Of a stretch of 64,000 bases of DNA, positions 39,061 to 55,485 are shown in pieces; position 1 is the stretch's first letter, and each line of letters opens with the position of its first letter. The DNA lies in NCBI RefSeq assembly GCF_058153355.1, contig NZ_CM177019.1; one strand, 5' to 3'. The notes below the pieces were generated by a model. The model was not told where the DNA came from. It worked only from the letters and a program-made list of their open reading frames with translations, and did not search any database. The position numbers and the translations under genes were made by a program.

Positions 39061-39085
39061 GTATTTTTATTGGCTCGTTGTTTTT

Positions 39086-39182
39086 GCCTAATGCGGCGTG
39101 AACGCCTTATCCGACCTACAAAATCTTGCAAAATCAATACATCGTAGAACGTTGTAGGCCTGGTAAGCGTAGCGCATCAGGC
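39086..39182. repeat. REP/BIME cluster downstream of opgH
   Basis: gcctaatgcggcgtgaacgccttatccgacctac and gtaggcctggtaagcgtagcgcatcaggc motifs. Confidence 0.7.
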
Positions 39183-39191
39183 AACTACGTT

Positions 39192-43374
<4,183 letters not shown>

Positions 43375-43656
43375 TCAGCACGCTGGCTCATGGATTAAGC
43401 ACCTGATTGCAACCGTTTTCACTTTCCGTGCTTCTCCTAAAGACAGAAGCATCGACTTCGTGTAGGGTTTGCCAGCAAATTTATTTATCAACCGTCTTAC
43501 AGACGCTTCCATTCTGGTTAGTGGTAGCGATGATGCTATGCATAAAAACCTTGAAGCCTGCGTCTGGCGCGGTCAGGTCGGTGTCGCTATGGCAACAAGC
43601 CTAAAGGCATAACCCGACAGGGATAAGACGAAAAATCCGAGATTAGTTAACCATAT

Positions 43657-44814
43657 ATGAATCCAGTACCCGCGCAACGTGAATATTTCCTCGACTCCAT
43701 CCGCGCCTGGCTGATGTTGTTAGGGATCCCTTTTCATATTTCTTTAATCTATTCGAGCCATACATGGCATGTGAATAGCGCCGAACCGTCATTGTGGCTG
43801 ACCCTTTTTAATGACTTCATCCACTCGTTCCGCATGCAGGTATTTTTCGTTATATCCGGGTACTTTTCTTACATGCTTTTTTTACGCTATCCCTTGAAAA
43901 AATGGTGGAAAGTACGTGTCGAACGTGTAGGGATCCCGATGTTAACAGCCATCCCCCTACTGACATTGCCGCAATTTATTATGCTGCAATACGTCAAAGG
44001 GAAAGCGGAAAGTTGGCCTGGGCTGTCATTGTATGACAAATATAATACGTTGGCCTGGGAATTAATATCACACCTGTGGTTTTTACTGGTGTTAGTGGTC
44101 ATGACGACGCTGTGCGTATGGATATTTAAACGCATCAGAAATAATTTAGAAAATTCTGATAAAACGAATAAAAAATTCTCGATGGTAAAATTATCGGTGA
44201 TTTTTTTGTGCCTCGGCATCGGTTATGCGGTAATAAGAAGAACGATTTTTATTGTGTATCCACCCATTCTGAGTAACGGCATGTTCAATTTTATTGTCAT
44301 GCAAACGTTATTTTATTTGCCGTTCTTTATCCTCGGCGCACTGGCTTTCATTTTCCCTCATCTTAAAGCCTTGTTTACCACGCCGTCTCGTGGCTGTACC
44401 CTCGCAGCAGCATTGGCATTTGTCGCTTACTTACTCAACCAGCGCTATGGCAGTGGCGATGCCTGGATGTACGAAACCGAGTCGGTGATCACCATGGTCC
44501 TCGGTCTGTGGATGGTGAATGTGGTCTTCTCCTTCGGCCACCGTTTGCTTAACTTCCAGTCAGCGCGGGTGACTTACTTTGTTAACGCATCGCTATTTAT
44601 CTATCTGGTTCACCACCCGTTAACGCTGTTTTTCGGCGCGTACATTACACCGCACATCACCTCCAACTGGCTTGGTTTTCTCTGTGGCCTGATATTCGTA
44701 GTAGGGATTGCGATAATTCTGTATGAAATTCATTTACGCATCCCGTTACTGAAGTTTTTGTTCTCTGGTAAACCGGTTGTTAAGCGTGAGAACGATAAAG
44801 CACCAGCCCGTTAA
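43657..44814 (+). CDS. opgC: periplasmic glucan succinyltransferase OpgC (MdoC)
   Basis: 385-aa polytopic membrane acyltransferase-3 family ORF, divergent from opgGH. Confidence 0.9.
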   Translation: MNPVPAQREYFLDSIRAWLMLLGIPFHISLIYSSHTWHVNSAEPSLWLTLFNDFIHSFRMQVFFVISGYFSYMLFLRYPLKKWWKVRVERVGIPMLTAIPLLTLPQFIMLQYVKGKAESWPGLSLYDKYNTLAWELISHLWFLLVLVVMTTLCVWIFKRIRNNLENSDKTNKKFSMVKLSVIFLCLGIGYAVIRRTIFIVYPPILSNGMFNFIVMQTLFYLPFFILGALAFIFPHLKALFTTPSRGCTLAAALAFVAYLLNQRYGSGDAWMYETESVITMVLGLWMVNVVFSFGHRLLNFQSARVTYFVNASLFIYLVHHPLTLFFGAYITPHITSNWLGFLCGLIFVVGIAIILYEIHLRIPLLKFLFSGKPVVKRENDKAPAR

Positions 44815-44821
44815 GCCGCGT

Positions 44822-46252
44822 TTACAATAACCATTCCACAGGCAATATCGACGCCAGTCTGACCATAACCCGCTTCCAGAAACTGGTAGCGGGTTCTTTT
44901 TTGAGAACAATTTCTTTCTTAGCATGACGATCAACCCAGTTGATCCGCCCCCACCTGTCCAGACGGAGCTGCCAGGCCGCATCATACTGGCTCTGAATAA
45001 AGCGTTTATCAATTAACTGTGCCAGCGTTTCGCTCTCTATCACGAACCCCATTTCAGTATTGAGCAATGTCGAACGTGGATCGAAATTGAAAGAGCCAAT
45101 AAACACCGTTTTACCATCGATGCTAAAGGTTTTAGCATGCAGGCTGGCACCGGAATTACCGGTTATGCCGCGATCGTGTAACGTACTACTTTGTTCACGC
45201 GTCGGCTTGAGTTCATATAATTCCACGCCGTAGCGGAGCAATTTTTTGCGCCAGCGCGCGTATCCGGCATGGACGACAGCAACATCGTTAGCGGCAAGAG
45301 AATTGGTTAGGATCGCAATCTTTACCCCTTTTCTCACCATCCGTAAGAGTTGCGCCACACCTGCGCGTGTCGGTACAAAATAGGAAGAGATAATATCGAT
45401 GCGTTCACTGGGTGAGCCCATGATATCGAACAGGCGCTGCGGTAACAGTGAATGCCGTTTTGCCTTGCCTTCCCCTTTCGCCGGATCATCACTTAATAAA
45501 CGTGTTTTCGCCCAGATAAGCGGCAACGTTCCCTCAACCAGATGATTTATAAACGGGCTGGATTCCATTTTGCGTAAATAACGATGCGTCATGGCATCGT
45601 CATGCCAGGAGGCGGGTAACTCGATGCGATCCGCCATTTCACCTTCCGGGACATCCAGCACCTGCTGTAAGGGTGAAACCGATTTACAATACCAGTAGCG
45701 GGCGAAATCATCGGCAACGTCCTCTACAACTGGTCCTATTGCCATGACATCTAAATCCGAAAAAAGTGGCTCTTCCCCTGCACCAAAATAGGCATCACCA
45801 ATATTTCGCCCTCCTACCAGCGTCACCACGCCATCGACAGTGAAACTTTTATTGTGCATACGGCGATTGAGACGGGAAAAGTCGGTGATATAACCAAGCG
45901 GACGTAGCAAGCGAAACGAGAAAGGATTAAAAAGCCGGACTTCAATGCGGGGATGACTGTCAAGCAAGCGTAAAATGTCGTCAAGTCCGGGTGTATTGTT
46001 GTCGTCCAGCAACAAACGGACGCGAACGCCACGCTTTGCTGCGGCTAACAGGGCGGAAAACAGTAACCGACCCGACATATCGTCCTGCCAGATGTAATAC
46101 TGAACATCCAGCGTATGCTCTGCCATTTCGGCCAGACGATACCGGGCGGCAAACGCATCCAGACTTTTCTCCAGAGGGAAAAGGCCACACTGACCGGGAT
46201 GTTGCGAACACAGTGGCAGCACCGCGCTCGCCAGCCGGGGCAAATCATTCAT
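44822..46252 (-). CDS. clsC: cardiolipin synthase C (phospholipase D family)
   Basis: ORF 44822-46312; start placed at the ATG behind an AAGGAG Shine-Dalgarno ([14 protein letters not shown], 476 aa); exact start uncertain. Confidence 0.85.
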   Translation of the reverse strand: MNDLPRLASAVLPLCSQHPGQCGLFPLEKSLDAFAARYRLAEMAEHTLDVQYYIWQDDMSGRLLFSALLAAAKRGVRVRLLLDDNNTPGLDDILRLLDSHPRIEVRLFNPFSFRLLRPLGYITDFSRLNRRMHNKSFTVDGVVTLVGGRNIGDAYFGAGEEPLFSDLDVMAIGPVVEDVADDFARYWYCKSVSPLQQVLDVPEGEMADRIELPASWHDDAMTHRYLRKMESSPFINHLVEGTLPLIWAKTRLLSDDPAKGEGKAKRHSLLPQRLFDIMGSPSERIDIISSYFVPTRAGVAQLLRMVRKGVKIAILTNSLAANDVAVVHAGYARWRKKLLRYGVELYELKPTREQSSTLHDRGITGNSGASLHAKTFSIDGKTVFIGSFNFDPRSTLLNTEMGFVIESETLAQLIDKRFIQSQYDAAWQLRLDRWGRINWVDRHAKKEIVLKKEPATSFWKRVMVRLASILPVEWLL

Positions 46253-46778
46253 CTCCTTGTTGGGTAAGGAGTCTTTCGTAGAGGTGGGCGTTTTCTTCAT
46301 CATAACAGACAAAGTATACCTGTTCGGGTAAAGCGTGACGGGTAATAAATTCTGAAACGGTTTTTACTGCGATTTCAGCCGCTGCCGCACGAGGGTAACC
46401 ATAAACCCCAGTACTAATTGCAGGAAAAGCCACTGACGTATAGCTGTTTGCCGCCACCAGTCGTAGGCTATTGAGATAGGCATCCTGCAAAAGCTGGTCT
46501 TCGTTTTGTTCACCACCACGCCAGACTGGCCCGACGGTGTGCACTACGGCTTTCGCGGGAAGATCGCCTGCAAGCGTAATAACGGCATGCCCCGTAGGGC
46601 AATCGCCCTGCTGCTGCCTGACTTTTAAACAGGCATCCAGCAGGGCCGGACCCGCTGCGCGATGAATGGCCCCATCGACGCCGCCGCCTCCCATTAATGA
46701 CGGATTAGCAGCATTCACAATCACATCAACGGCCAGTTTGGTAATATCACCCTGCACAACATGAATACGCGTTTTCAT
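46245..46778 (-). CDS. ymdB: macrodomain O-acetyl-ADP-ribose deacetylase YmdB
   Basis: 177-aa [46 protein letters not shown]. Confidence 0.92.
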
Positions 46779-46872
46779 AACGCCTCCTTACACCTTCTTG
46801 TTTCTTAAGTGTACAGCAGGCTTTTTGGTTAAATCGCATTTTTCTGCTCAGCAAGGTGAGTTGTTCAGAAAC

Positions 46873-47252
<380 letters not shown>

Positions 47253-47253
47253 C

Positions 47254-47637
<384 letters not shown>

Positions 47638-47695
47638 ATTCTTCTCCCGAAAAAAAACAGGGCTTGCGCCCTGTTTCTTTAATACAGAGGATGTA

Positions 47696-48151
47696 TTAGT
47701 ACTGATGAGCGGTCGCGTTGTTACCAAAGCCAACCTGAGTGACGTTAACGCTGGAGTTAGATGCAGTCTGGTCAACAGCAGCACCGTTACCGCCACCGAA
47801 CTGTTTAACAGTCATAGTAGAATCTTTACCATTCCACTGATCAAGAGTGGCGCTGTTACCGAAGCCACGCTGAGTCAGATCGATTGAGCTGTCATCTGAG
47901 CCCTGACCAACATCTGCACCGTTACCACCGCCATGCTGGGTAATAGTCAAGTCAGAGTTACGGGCATCAGTTTGCAGAGCAAGTGCAGAGTTACCGCCAC
48001 CGTACTGGTAAATGTTCAGCTCTGAATTTGGGCCGCTATTATTACCGCCACCACCGTGGTTACCGCCGCCGCCGTACTGAGGAACAACACCTGCCAGAGC
48101 GCTACCAGAGAATACGATTGCTGCAATTGCTGCTACTTTTAAAAGTTTCAT
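47696..48151 (-). CDS. csgA: major curlin subunit CsgA
   Basis: 151-aa ORF with signal peptide and five imperfect Ser-X5-Gln-X-Gly-X-Gly-Asn-X-Ala-type repeats. Confidence 0.95.
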   Translation of the reverse strand: MKLLKVAAIAAIVFSGSALAGVVPQYGGGGNHGGGGNNSGPNSELNIYQYGGGNSALALQTDARNSDLTITQHGGGNGADVGQGSDDSSIDLTQRGFGNSATLDQWNGKDSTMTVKQFGGGNGAAVDQTASNSSVNVTQVGFGNNATAHQY

Positions 48152-48191
48152 GTAAAACCCCCATCGGATTGATTTAAAAGTCGAATGGAAA

Positions 48192-48647
48192 TTAACGTTG
48201 TGTCACGCGAATAGCCATTTGCGACTGTCTCTGCACTACAATTGCCGTTTTTTGAGTACCATACTGTGTAATATTTGCTTTATTACCAGAACCTTTCTGG
48301 ATAATCATCGCAGTATTACCATAAGCACCTTGCGAAATACTGGCATCGTTGGCATTGCCCGCCTGATCAATATATGCAAGGTTATAATCTCCTGTCTGGT
48401 CAATCTTTGCCCGGTTGCTACTACCTTCTTGCGCAACAACCGCCAAAAGTTTTGAGCCTCCCTGCCGTAACTGAGCACTATTATTAGTCCCAGCTTGACC
48501 AATTATGGCTGCCTGATTAAATGAAGACTTACTCAATTCATTTACCGCGAAGTTATATTCTGAATTAGCTAAATCATAACCTGCTGCGGCTGCAATCCCA
48601 GGCGCACCCAGTATTGTTAACATCATAAATAACAATTTGTTTTTCAT
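48192..48647 (-). CDS. csgB: minor curlin nucleator subunit CsgB
   Basis: ORF 48192-48674; start placed at MKNKLLFMMLTILGAPGIAAA (151 aa). Confidence 0.93.
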   Translation of the reverse strand: MKNKLLFMMLTILGAPGIAAAAGYDLANSEYNFAVNELSKSSFNQAAIIGQAGTNNSAQLRQGGSKLLAVVAQEGSSNRAKIDQTGDYNLAYIDQAGNANDASISQGAYGNTAMIIQKGSGNKANITQYGTQKTAIVVQRQSQMAIRVTQR

Positions 48648-49401
48648 GTTGTCACCCTGGACCTGGTCGTACATTTAAGAAATTAAATCATTTCAACTTG
48701 GTTGTTAACGCAACCTGTATTTTGTTAACGCCGCGTTACGATGGAAAGTATGTCTGCGGAAATATTTTTAATAACTCACCCGCGCGTTGTATTTTTCTTT
48801 TTTTGTTCATACCAAAGTATTAAAACCCACGTAAATACGCTGTTATCTACGCAAAAAAAATATTTTGTTTTCTTTCAAATTTCGGTTTTCCGCAATCAAA
48901 AATCACCAGACAGTCATTCTTCTTGCCCGTCGCTGATTGCTGCGATATGTATTGCGCACAAGCCGTGACAAACCTCGTCTTTTTGCAGTAAAAAATTGTC
49001 CACGGAGGTGTGGAGAAAAAACAAGAACGTTTTACATGACGAAAGGACTACACCGAAATATTTTTATATGCATTATTAGCAAGTTAGCACCATTTGTATG
49101 ATTTTTTAAAATTGTGCAAGAAAAACCAAATGTACAACTTTTCTATCATTTCTAAACTTAATAAAACCTTCAGATTAACATTTTAATATAACGAGTTACA
49201 TTTAGTTACATGTTTAACACTTGATTTAAGATTTGTAATGGCTAGATTGAAATCAGATGTAATCCATTAGTTTTATATTTTACCCATTTAGGGCTGATTT
49301 ATTACTACACACAGCAGTGCAACATCTGTCAGTACTTCTGGTGCTTCTATTTTAGAGGCAGCTGTCAGGTGTGCGATCAATAAAAAAAGCGGGGTTTCAT
49401 C
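48648..49401. promoter_or_regulatory. csgBAC / csgDEFG divergent intergenic control region
   Basis: 754-bp AT-rich divergent intergenic region; the many regulators acting here (RpoS, OmpR, CpxR, IHF, H-NS, sRNAs) are established knowledge, individual sites not mapped. Confidence 0.7.
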
Positions 49402-50052
<651 letters not shown>

Positions 50053-50056
50053 AGCC

Positions 50057-50446
50057 ATGAAACGTTATTTACGCTGGATTGTGGCGGCAGAATTCCTGTT
50101 CGCCGCAGGGAATCTTCACGCCGTTGAGGTAGAAGTCCCGGGCTTGTTAACTGACCATACTGTTTCATCTATTGGCCATGATTTTTACCGAGCCTTTAGT
50201 GATAAATGGGAAAGTGACTATACGGGTAACTTAACGATTAATGAAAGGCCCAGTGCACGATGGGGAAGTTGGATCACAATAACGGTCAATCAGGACGTTA
50301 TTTTCCAGACTTTTTTATTCCCGTTGAAAAGAGACTTCGAAAAAACTGTCGTCTTTGCACTGATTCAAACTGAAGAAGCACTAAATCGTCGCCAGATAAA
50401 TCAGGCGTTATTGAGTACGGGCGATTTGGCGCATGATGAATTCTAA
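50057..50446 (+). CDS. csgE: curli secretion specificity factor CsgE
   Basis: 129-aa ORF. Confidence 0.92.
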
Positions 50447-50470
50447 ATAAAAAATTGTTCGGAGGCTGCA

Positions 50471-50887
50471 ATGCGTGTCAAACATGCAGTAGTTCTACTC
50501 ATGCTTATTTCGCCTTTAAGTTGGGCTGGAACCATGACTTTCCAGTTCCGTAATCCAAACTTTGGTGGTAACCCAAATAACGGTGCTTTTTTATTAAATA
50601 GCGCCCAGGCACAAAACTCTTATAAAGATCCGAGCTATAACGATGACTTTGGTATTGAAACGCCATCAGCGTTAGATAACTTTACCCAGGCCATCCAGTC
50701 ACAAATTTTAGGTGGGCTACTGTCGAATATTAATACCGGTAAACCGGGCCGCATGGTGACCAACGATTATATTGTCGATATCGCTAACCGCGATGGTCAA
50801 TTGCAGTTGAATGTGACGGATCGCAAAACCGGACAAACCTCGACCATCCAGGTTTCGGGTTTACAAAATAACTCAACCGATTTTTAA
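50471..50887 (+). CDS. csgF: curli assembly protein CsgF
   Basis: 138-aa ORF. Confidence 0.92.
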
Positions 50888-50913
50888 GCCCCAGCTTCAT
50901 AAGGAAAATAATC

Positions 50914-51747
50914 ATGCAGCGCTTATTTCTTTTGGTTGCCGTCATGTTACTGAGCGGATGCTTAACCGCCCCGCCTAAAGAAGCCGCCAGACCGACATTA
51001 ATGCCTCGTGCTCAGAGCTACAAAGATTTGACCCATCTGCCAGCGCCGACGGGTAAGATCTTTGTTTCGGTATACAACATTCAGGACGAAACCGGGCAAT
51101 TTAAACCCTACCCGGCAAGTAACTTCTCCACTGCTGTTCCGCAAAGCGCCACGGCAATGCTGGTCACGGCATTGAAAGATTCTCGCTGGTTTATACCGCT
51201 GGAGCGCCAGGGCTTACAAAACCTGCTTAACGAGCGCAAGATTATTCGTGCGGCACAAGAAAACGGTACGGTTGCCATTAATAACCGAATCCCGCTGCAG
51301 TCTTTAACGGCGGCAAATATCATGGTTGAAGGTTCAATTATCGGTTATGAAAGCAACGTCAAATCGGGCGGGGTTGGGGCAAGATATTTTGGGATCGGTG
51401 CCGACACGCAATACCAGCTTGATCAGATTGCCGTGAACCTGCGCGTCGTCAATGTGAGTACCGGCGAGATCCTCTCCTCGGTGAACACCAGTAAGACGAT
51501 ACTTTCCTATGAAGTTCAGGCCGGGGTTTTCCGCTTTATTGACTACCAGCGCTTGCTGGAAGGGGAAGTGGGTTACACCTCGAACGAACCCGTTATGCTG
51601 TGCCTGATGTCGGCTATCGAAACAGGGGTCATTTTCCTGATTAATGATGGTATTGACCGTGGTCTGTGGGATTTGCAGAACAAAGCAGAACGGCAGAACG
51701 ACATTCTGGTGAAATACCGCCATATGTCGGTTCCACCGGAATCCTGA
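50914..51747 (+). CDS. csgG: curli secretion channel lipoprotein CsgG
   Basis: 277-aa ORF MQRLFLLVAVMLLSGC (lipobox). Confidence 0.95.
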   Translation: MQRLFLLVAVMLLSGCLTAPPKEAARPTLMPRAQSYKDLTHLPAPTGKIFVSVYNIQDETGQFKPYPASNFSTAVPQSATAMLVTALKDSRWFIPLERQGLQNLLNERKIIRAAQENGTVAINNRIPLQSLTAANIMVEGSIIGYESNVKSGGVGARYFGIGADTQYQLDQIAVNLRVVNVSTGEILSSVNTSKTILSYEVQAGVFRFIDYQRLLEGEVGYTSNEPVMLCLMSAIETGVIFLINDGIDRGLWDLQNKAERQNDILVKYRHMSVPPES

Positions 51748-51811
51748 TAGATAAAAATGCCGGAATTAATAATCCGGCATTTTACTGTTTAAGCGAAAGC
51801 GTGAGTGCCCC

Positions 51812-52303
51812 TCACGCTTTATTTTTGATTTGCTGCTCACGGTGAGCCGTCTTTGCACTACGCGCCGCCAGCCACAAGCCGCTGTTTTTCATTGCGTAAC
51901 CAAATACCAGTCCAAGCGCCAGCGAAGGTAACACCAGTTTCCAGTCACCCTGCCCGGCAAACGTCGCGCATGCGCCTATAAACGTCCCCGGAACAAATGA
52001 AAGCAGCAGCTGTTTCGCCTGAATACACATCAGAAACGCGACAATACCGGTTATGACATAACCGAGAATTTCCAGATGTGGTGCCAGTGCACTACCGTAA
52101 ATAATGACCATCGCCCACACCACGCCACTAAGCAGGGTTGCAGCGGAGATCGCCAGCCCTTTCAGCCCACCTTGCGGGCAGGCAAAGTAGGCCGTACAGC
52201 CCAGGAAGCCCGCCCAGCTTAGTAAGCCCAGGGAAACAGCCACCCATCCCCAGATACCTGAGAGAATGCCTGTTGTGATTGCAATAGAGAGAAGTATGTT
52301 CAT
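51812..52303 (-). CDS. ycdZ: inner membrane protein YcdZ (DUF1097)
   Basis: ORF 51812-52351; start placed at MNILLSIAITTGILSGIWG (163 aa). Confidence 0.85.
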   Translation of the reverse strand: MNILLSIAITTGILSGIWGWVAVSLGLLSWAGFLGCTAYFACPQGGLKGLAISAATLLSGVVWAMVIIYGSALAPHLEILGYVITGIVAFLMCIQAKQLLLSFVPGTFIGACATFAGQGDWKLVLPSLALGLVFGYAMKNSGLWLAARSAKTAHREQQIKNKA

Positions 52304-52404
52304 GCCGCGCATGATAGCAGAAAACGCGGCCATGAATGAGATCGAGCACACATTTTATGCAACAACAAATTATCTGTTGCAGTTATGAGTGATGGAGATC
52401 ACAT

Positions 52405-52959
52405 TTACTCTTCAGAATCTTCTTCCAGCTCGTCCCACATTGCACTAATAGCATCGCGGGTTAGCGGTGCCATGGTGCGCCAGAAAGGCGTAGTTGCATG
52501 GGCCTCCACTTTGCCAAGGAACGCACCACACCAGGGTAACAGATACTCACTGAACAGTGTTTCCAGTGCTTCGCTCTCATCTTCCGTTGACTGATCTTCC
52601 AGCCAGGAAGCCGCGAGCAGCAATGTACCGATGTGATCGGCTGGCGTATCCGCTAATGGCATCCCTCGTTCGGAAAGAAAAGCGCGCACTTCCGCTTCCG
52701 TCGCGCCCTCAACCCATGCGCTACGATATGGCGGCACAGCACATTCATCGCCGATAAACAACGCATTGTATTCGGCAGAGACTTGCGCCATATCACAGCT
52801 TTTCTGTAAACGTGTCAGTAACTCATCCTGCTCCAGTGGCCAGTTCGCAGCCAGTTTCCCCTCACGAATCAGGGTAAACAGCGGCACCAGTAAAGGATCT
52901 TGCGGTTGGCGGTAATAGAGCGAACCCAGCACACGACAGAGGATAGAAAACTCGTTCAT
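52405..52959 (-). CDS. ycdY: TorD-family chaperone YcdY
   Basis: 184-aa ORF MNEFSILCRVLGSLYYRQPQDPLLVPLF... Confidence 0.88.
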   Translation of the reverse strand: MNEFSILCRVLGSLYYRQPQDPLLVPLFTLIREGKLAANWPLEQDELLTRLQKSCDMAQVSAEYNALFIGDECAVPPYRSAWVEGATEAEVRAFLSERGMPLADTPADHIGTLLLAASWLEDQSTEDESEALETLFSEYLLPWCGAFLGKVEAHATTPFWRTMAPLTRDAISAMWDELEEDSEE

Positions 52960-52982
52960 TAATATATTTCCATTACTAGTAA

Positions 52983-53720
52983 TTAAAGGTCTGCAAATTC
53001 CGCAATCGGTGCCATACCGCGAGATTCAAGGAAGTTCAGTAAGCGGCGCGGAGAAACATTCAAAATGCGCTCTGGCGGAAAATCTACCGCGTCGAGGATT
53101 TTAAGACACTCTTCAAATTCACCCATGGTAAACGCGGTGTGAGAATCCGAGCCTAATGCCACCCAACCTCCAGCGTCACGTACCGCTGCGGCTACCGCAC
53201 GACAGTTGTCTTCACTGCCCTTACGTGAGTGTAAAAATGAGGAATTATTGATTTCCAGCGCCACCTGATGTTTCGCAGCTGCTTCAGCAACGGCTTTAAC
53301 ATCTATTTCATATTTCGGATTTCCGGGATGGCTTATTATATGCACATTGCCGCTGGCGATAGTGGCGATCATCGCTTGCGTATTGGTCGCTTTGTCATGC
53401 GGCGCAAACACCGGCTCATGAAAACCGGCAATAATCAGATCCAGCGAATCAAACATTTTGCCACTGCAGTCAATTTCACCGTCAACATTTTTAATGTTAG
53501 CTTCGATGCCGCGCAGGATCCCTACCCCATCAACCACTCGCGGCCAGATACGCATGTTAATGAAGTGCCAGTGATGCGGCGCATCTTCCATATCCGGGCC
53601 ATGATCGGTGATCGCAAAAAGTTTAATGCCCTTTTGTTTGGCCTGGGCAATGTAATCACTCAATGTGCTATATGCATGCGTGCTGGCAACGGTATGCATA
53701 TGAAGGTCGACGGGATACAT
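52983..53720 (-). CDS. ycdX: PHP-family zinc phosphatase YcdX
   Basis: 245-aa [21 protein letters not shown] with PHP-domain histidines. Confidence 0.9.
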
Positions 53721-53774
53721 AACTCTCTCCTGTATTCAATTCCCGCCAAGGATAGCAGGAAACCTGATGCTTTA

Positions 53775-54752
<978 letters not shown>

Positions 54753-54946
54753 TTATCGTTATGATCTACAAAGGCCACCAGCATAACAAATCCGTGGTCG
54801 GTGGCAAAAAAAGCAGATTTCGCTTATTAAAACTGCATATTGATTGAAGTTTGAATAAACGCGCGATTTTTTTAAAAAGTTTGTTGACCTCAGGTCATGA
54901 TTTCCCTAAATTAGCGCCCGTTCCAGCAAGACAGGAACGACAATTT

Positions 54947-55034
54947 GGTGAGGTGTCCGAGTGGCTGAAGGAGCACGCCTGGAAAGTGTGTATACGGCAA
55001 CGTATCGGGGGTTCGAATCCCCCCCTCACCGCCA
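54947..55034 (+). tRNA. serX: tRNA-Ser (anticodon GGA)
   Basis: 88-nt type II tRNA ggtgaggtgtccgagtggctgaagg...ggttcgaatccccccctcaccgCCA with long variable arm and encoded CCA; -35 TTGACC / -10 TAAATT upstream. Confidence 0.93.
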
Positions 55035-55480
55035 TCTTTAAAGAAGAGCTCGTACGAAAGTACGGGCTTTTTTTTTCGTATATTGCACACACCGGGGGGA
55101 TGAGAAGCCCCGACAGGGGTTCGACAACTGGCGACAGCCAGTTGGACAGACCGTGAACGCAGTGAGCGGGCTGCCCGCAGGGCGAGCGAAGCGAGTCAAT
55201 CCCCCCCTCACCGCCATCTTTAAAGAAGAGCTCGTACGAAGGTACGGGCTTTTTTTTCGTATATTGCACACACCGGGGGATGAAAAGCCCCGACCGGGGT
55301 TCGACAACTGGCGACAGCCAGTTGGACAGACCGTGAACGCAGTGAGCGGGCTGCCCGCAGGGCGAGCGAAGCGAGTCAATCCCCCCCTCACCGCCATCTT
55401 TAAAGAAGAGCTCGTACGAAGGTACGGGCTTTTTTTTCGTATATTGCACACACCGGGGATGAAAAGCCCTGACCGGGGTA
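55016..55480 (+). repeat. tandem direct repeat, ~181-bp unit x ~2.6, each unit beginning with the last 19 nt of serX
   Basis: aatccccccctcaccgcca occurs at 55016, 55198 and 55378; units near-identical apart from a few SNPs and homopolymer length; each carries a hairpin plus T-run terminator and a ggggttcga T-loop-like motif. Confidence 0.85.
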
Positions 55481-55485
55481 CTTAG

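Noticed and set aside
43407-43604. 65-aa plus-strand ORF in the opgG-opgC divergent intergenic region
   Set aside because: Short, sits in a promoter region, has no recognisable features; probably chance.
48741-48968. 75-aa ORF within the csgD-csgB control region
   Set aside because: Inside a well-characterised regulatory region; AT-rich chance ORF.
54947-55480. Possible CRISPR array, given the regular direct repeats
   Set aside because: The unit is about 181 bp with no short unique spacers between 25-40-bp repeats, and there are no cas genes; it is a tandem duplication, not CRISPR.
54895-55485. Three sizeable ORFs (184 aa and 137 aa on minus, 110 aa on plus) spanning the serX repeat array
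   Set aside because: They exist only because the ~181-bp unit is repeated, and they overlap the tRNA gene and its terminators; their internally repetitive protein sequences are an artefact.
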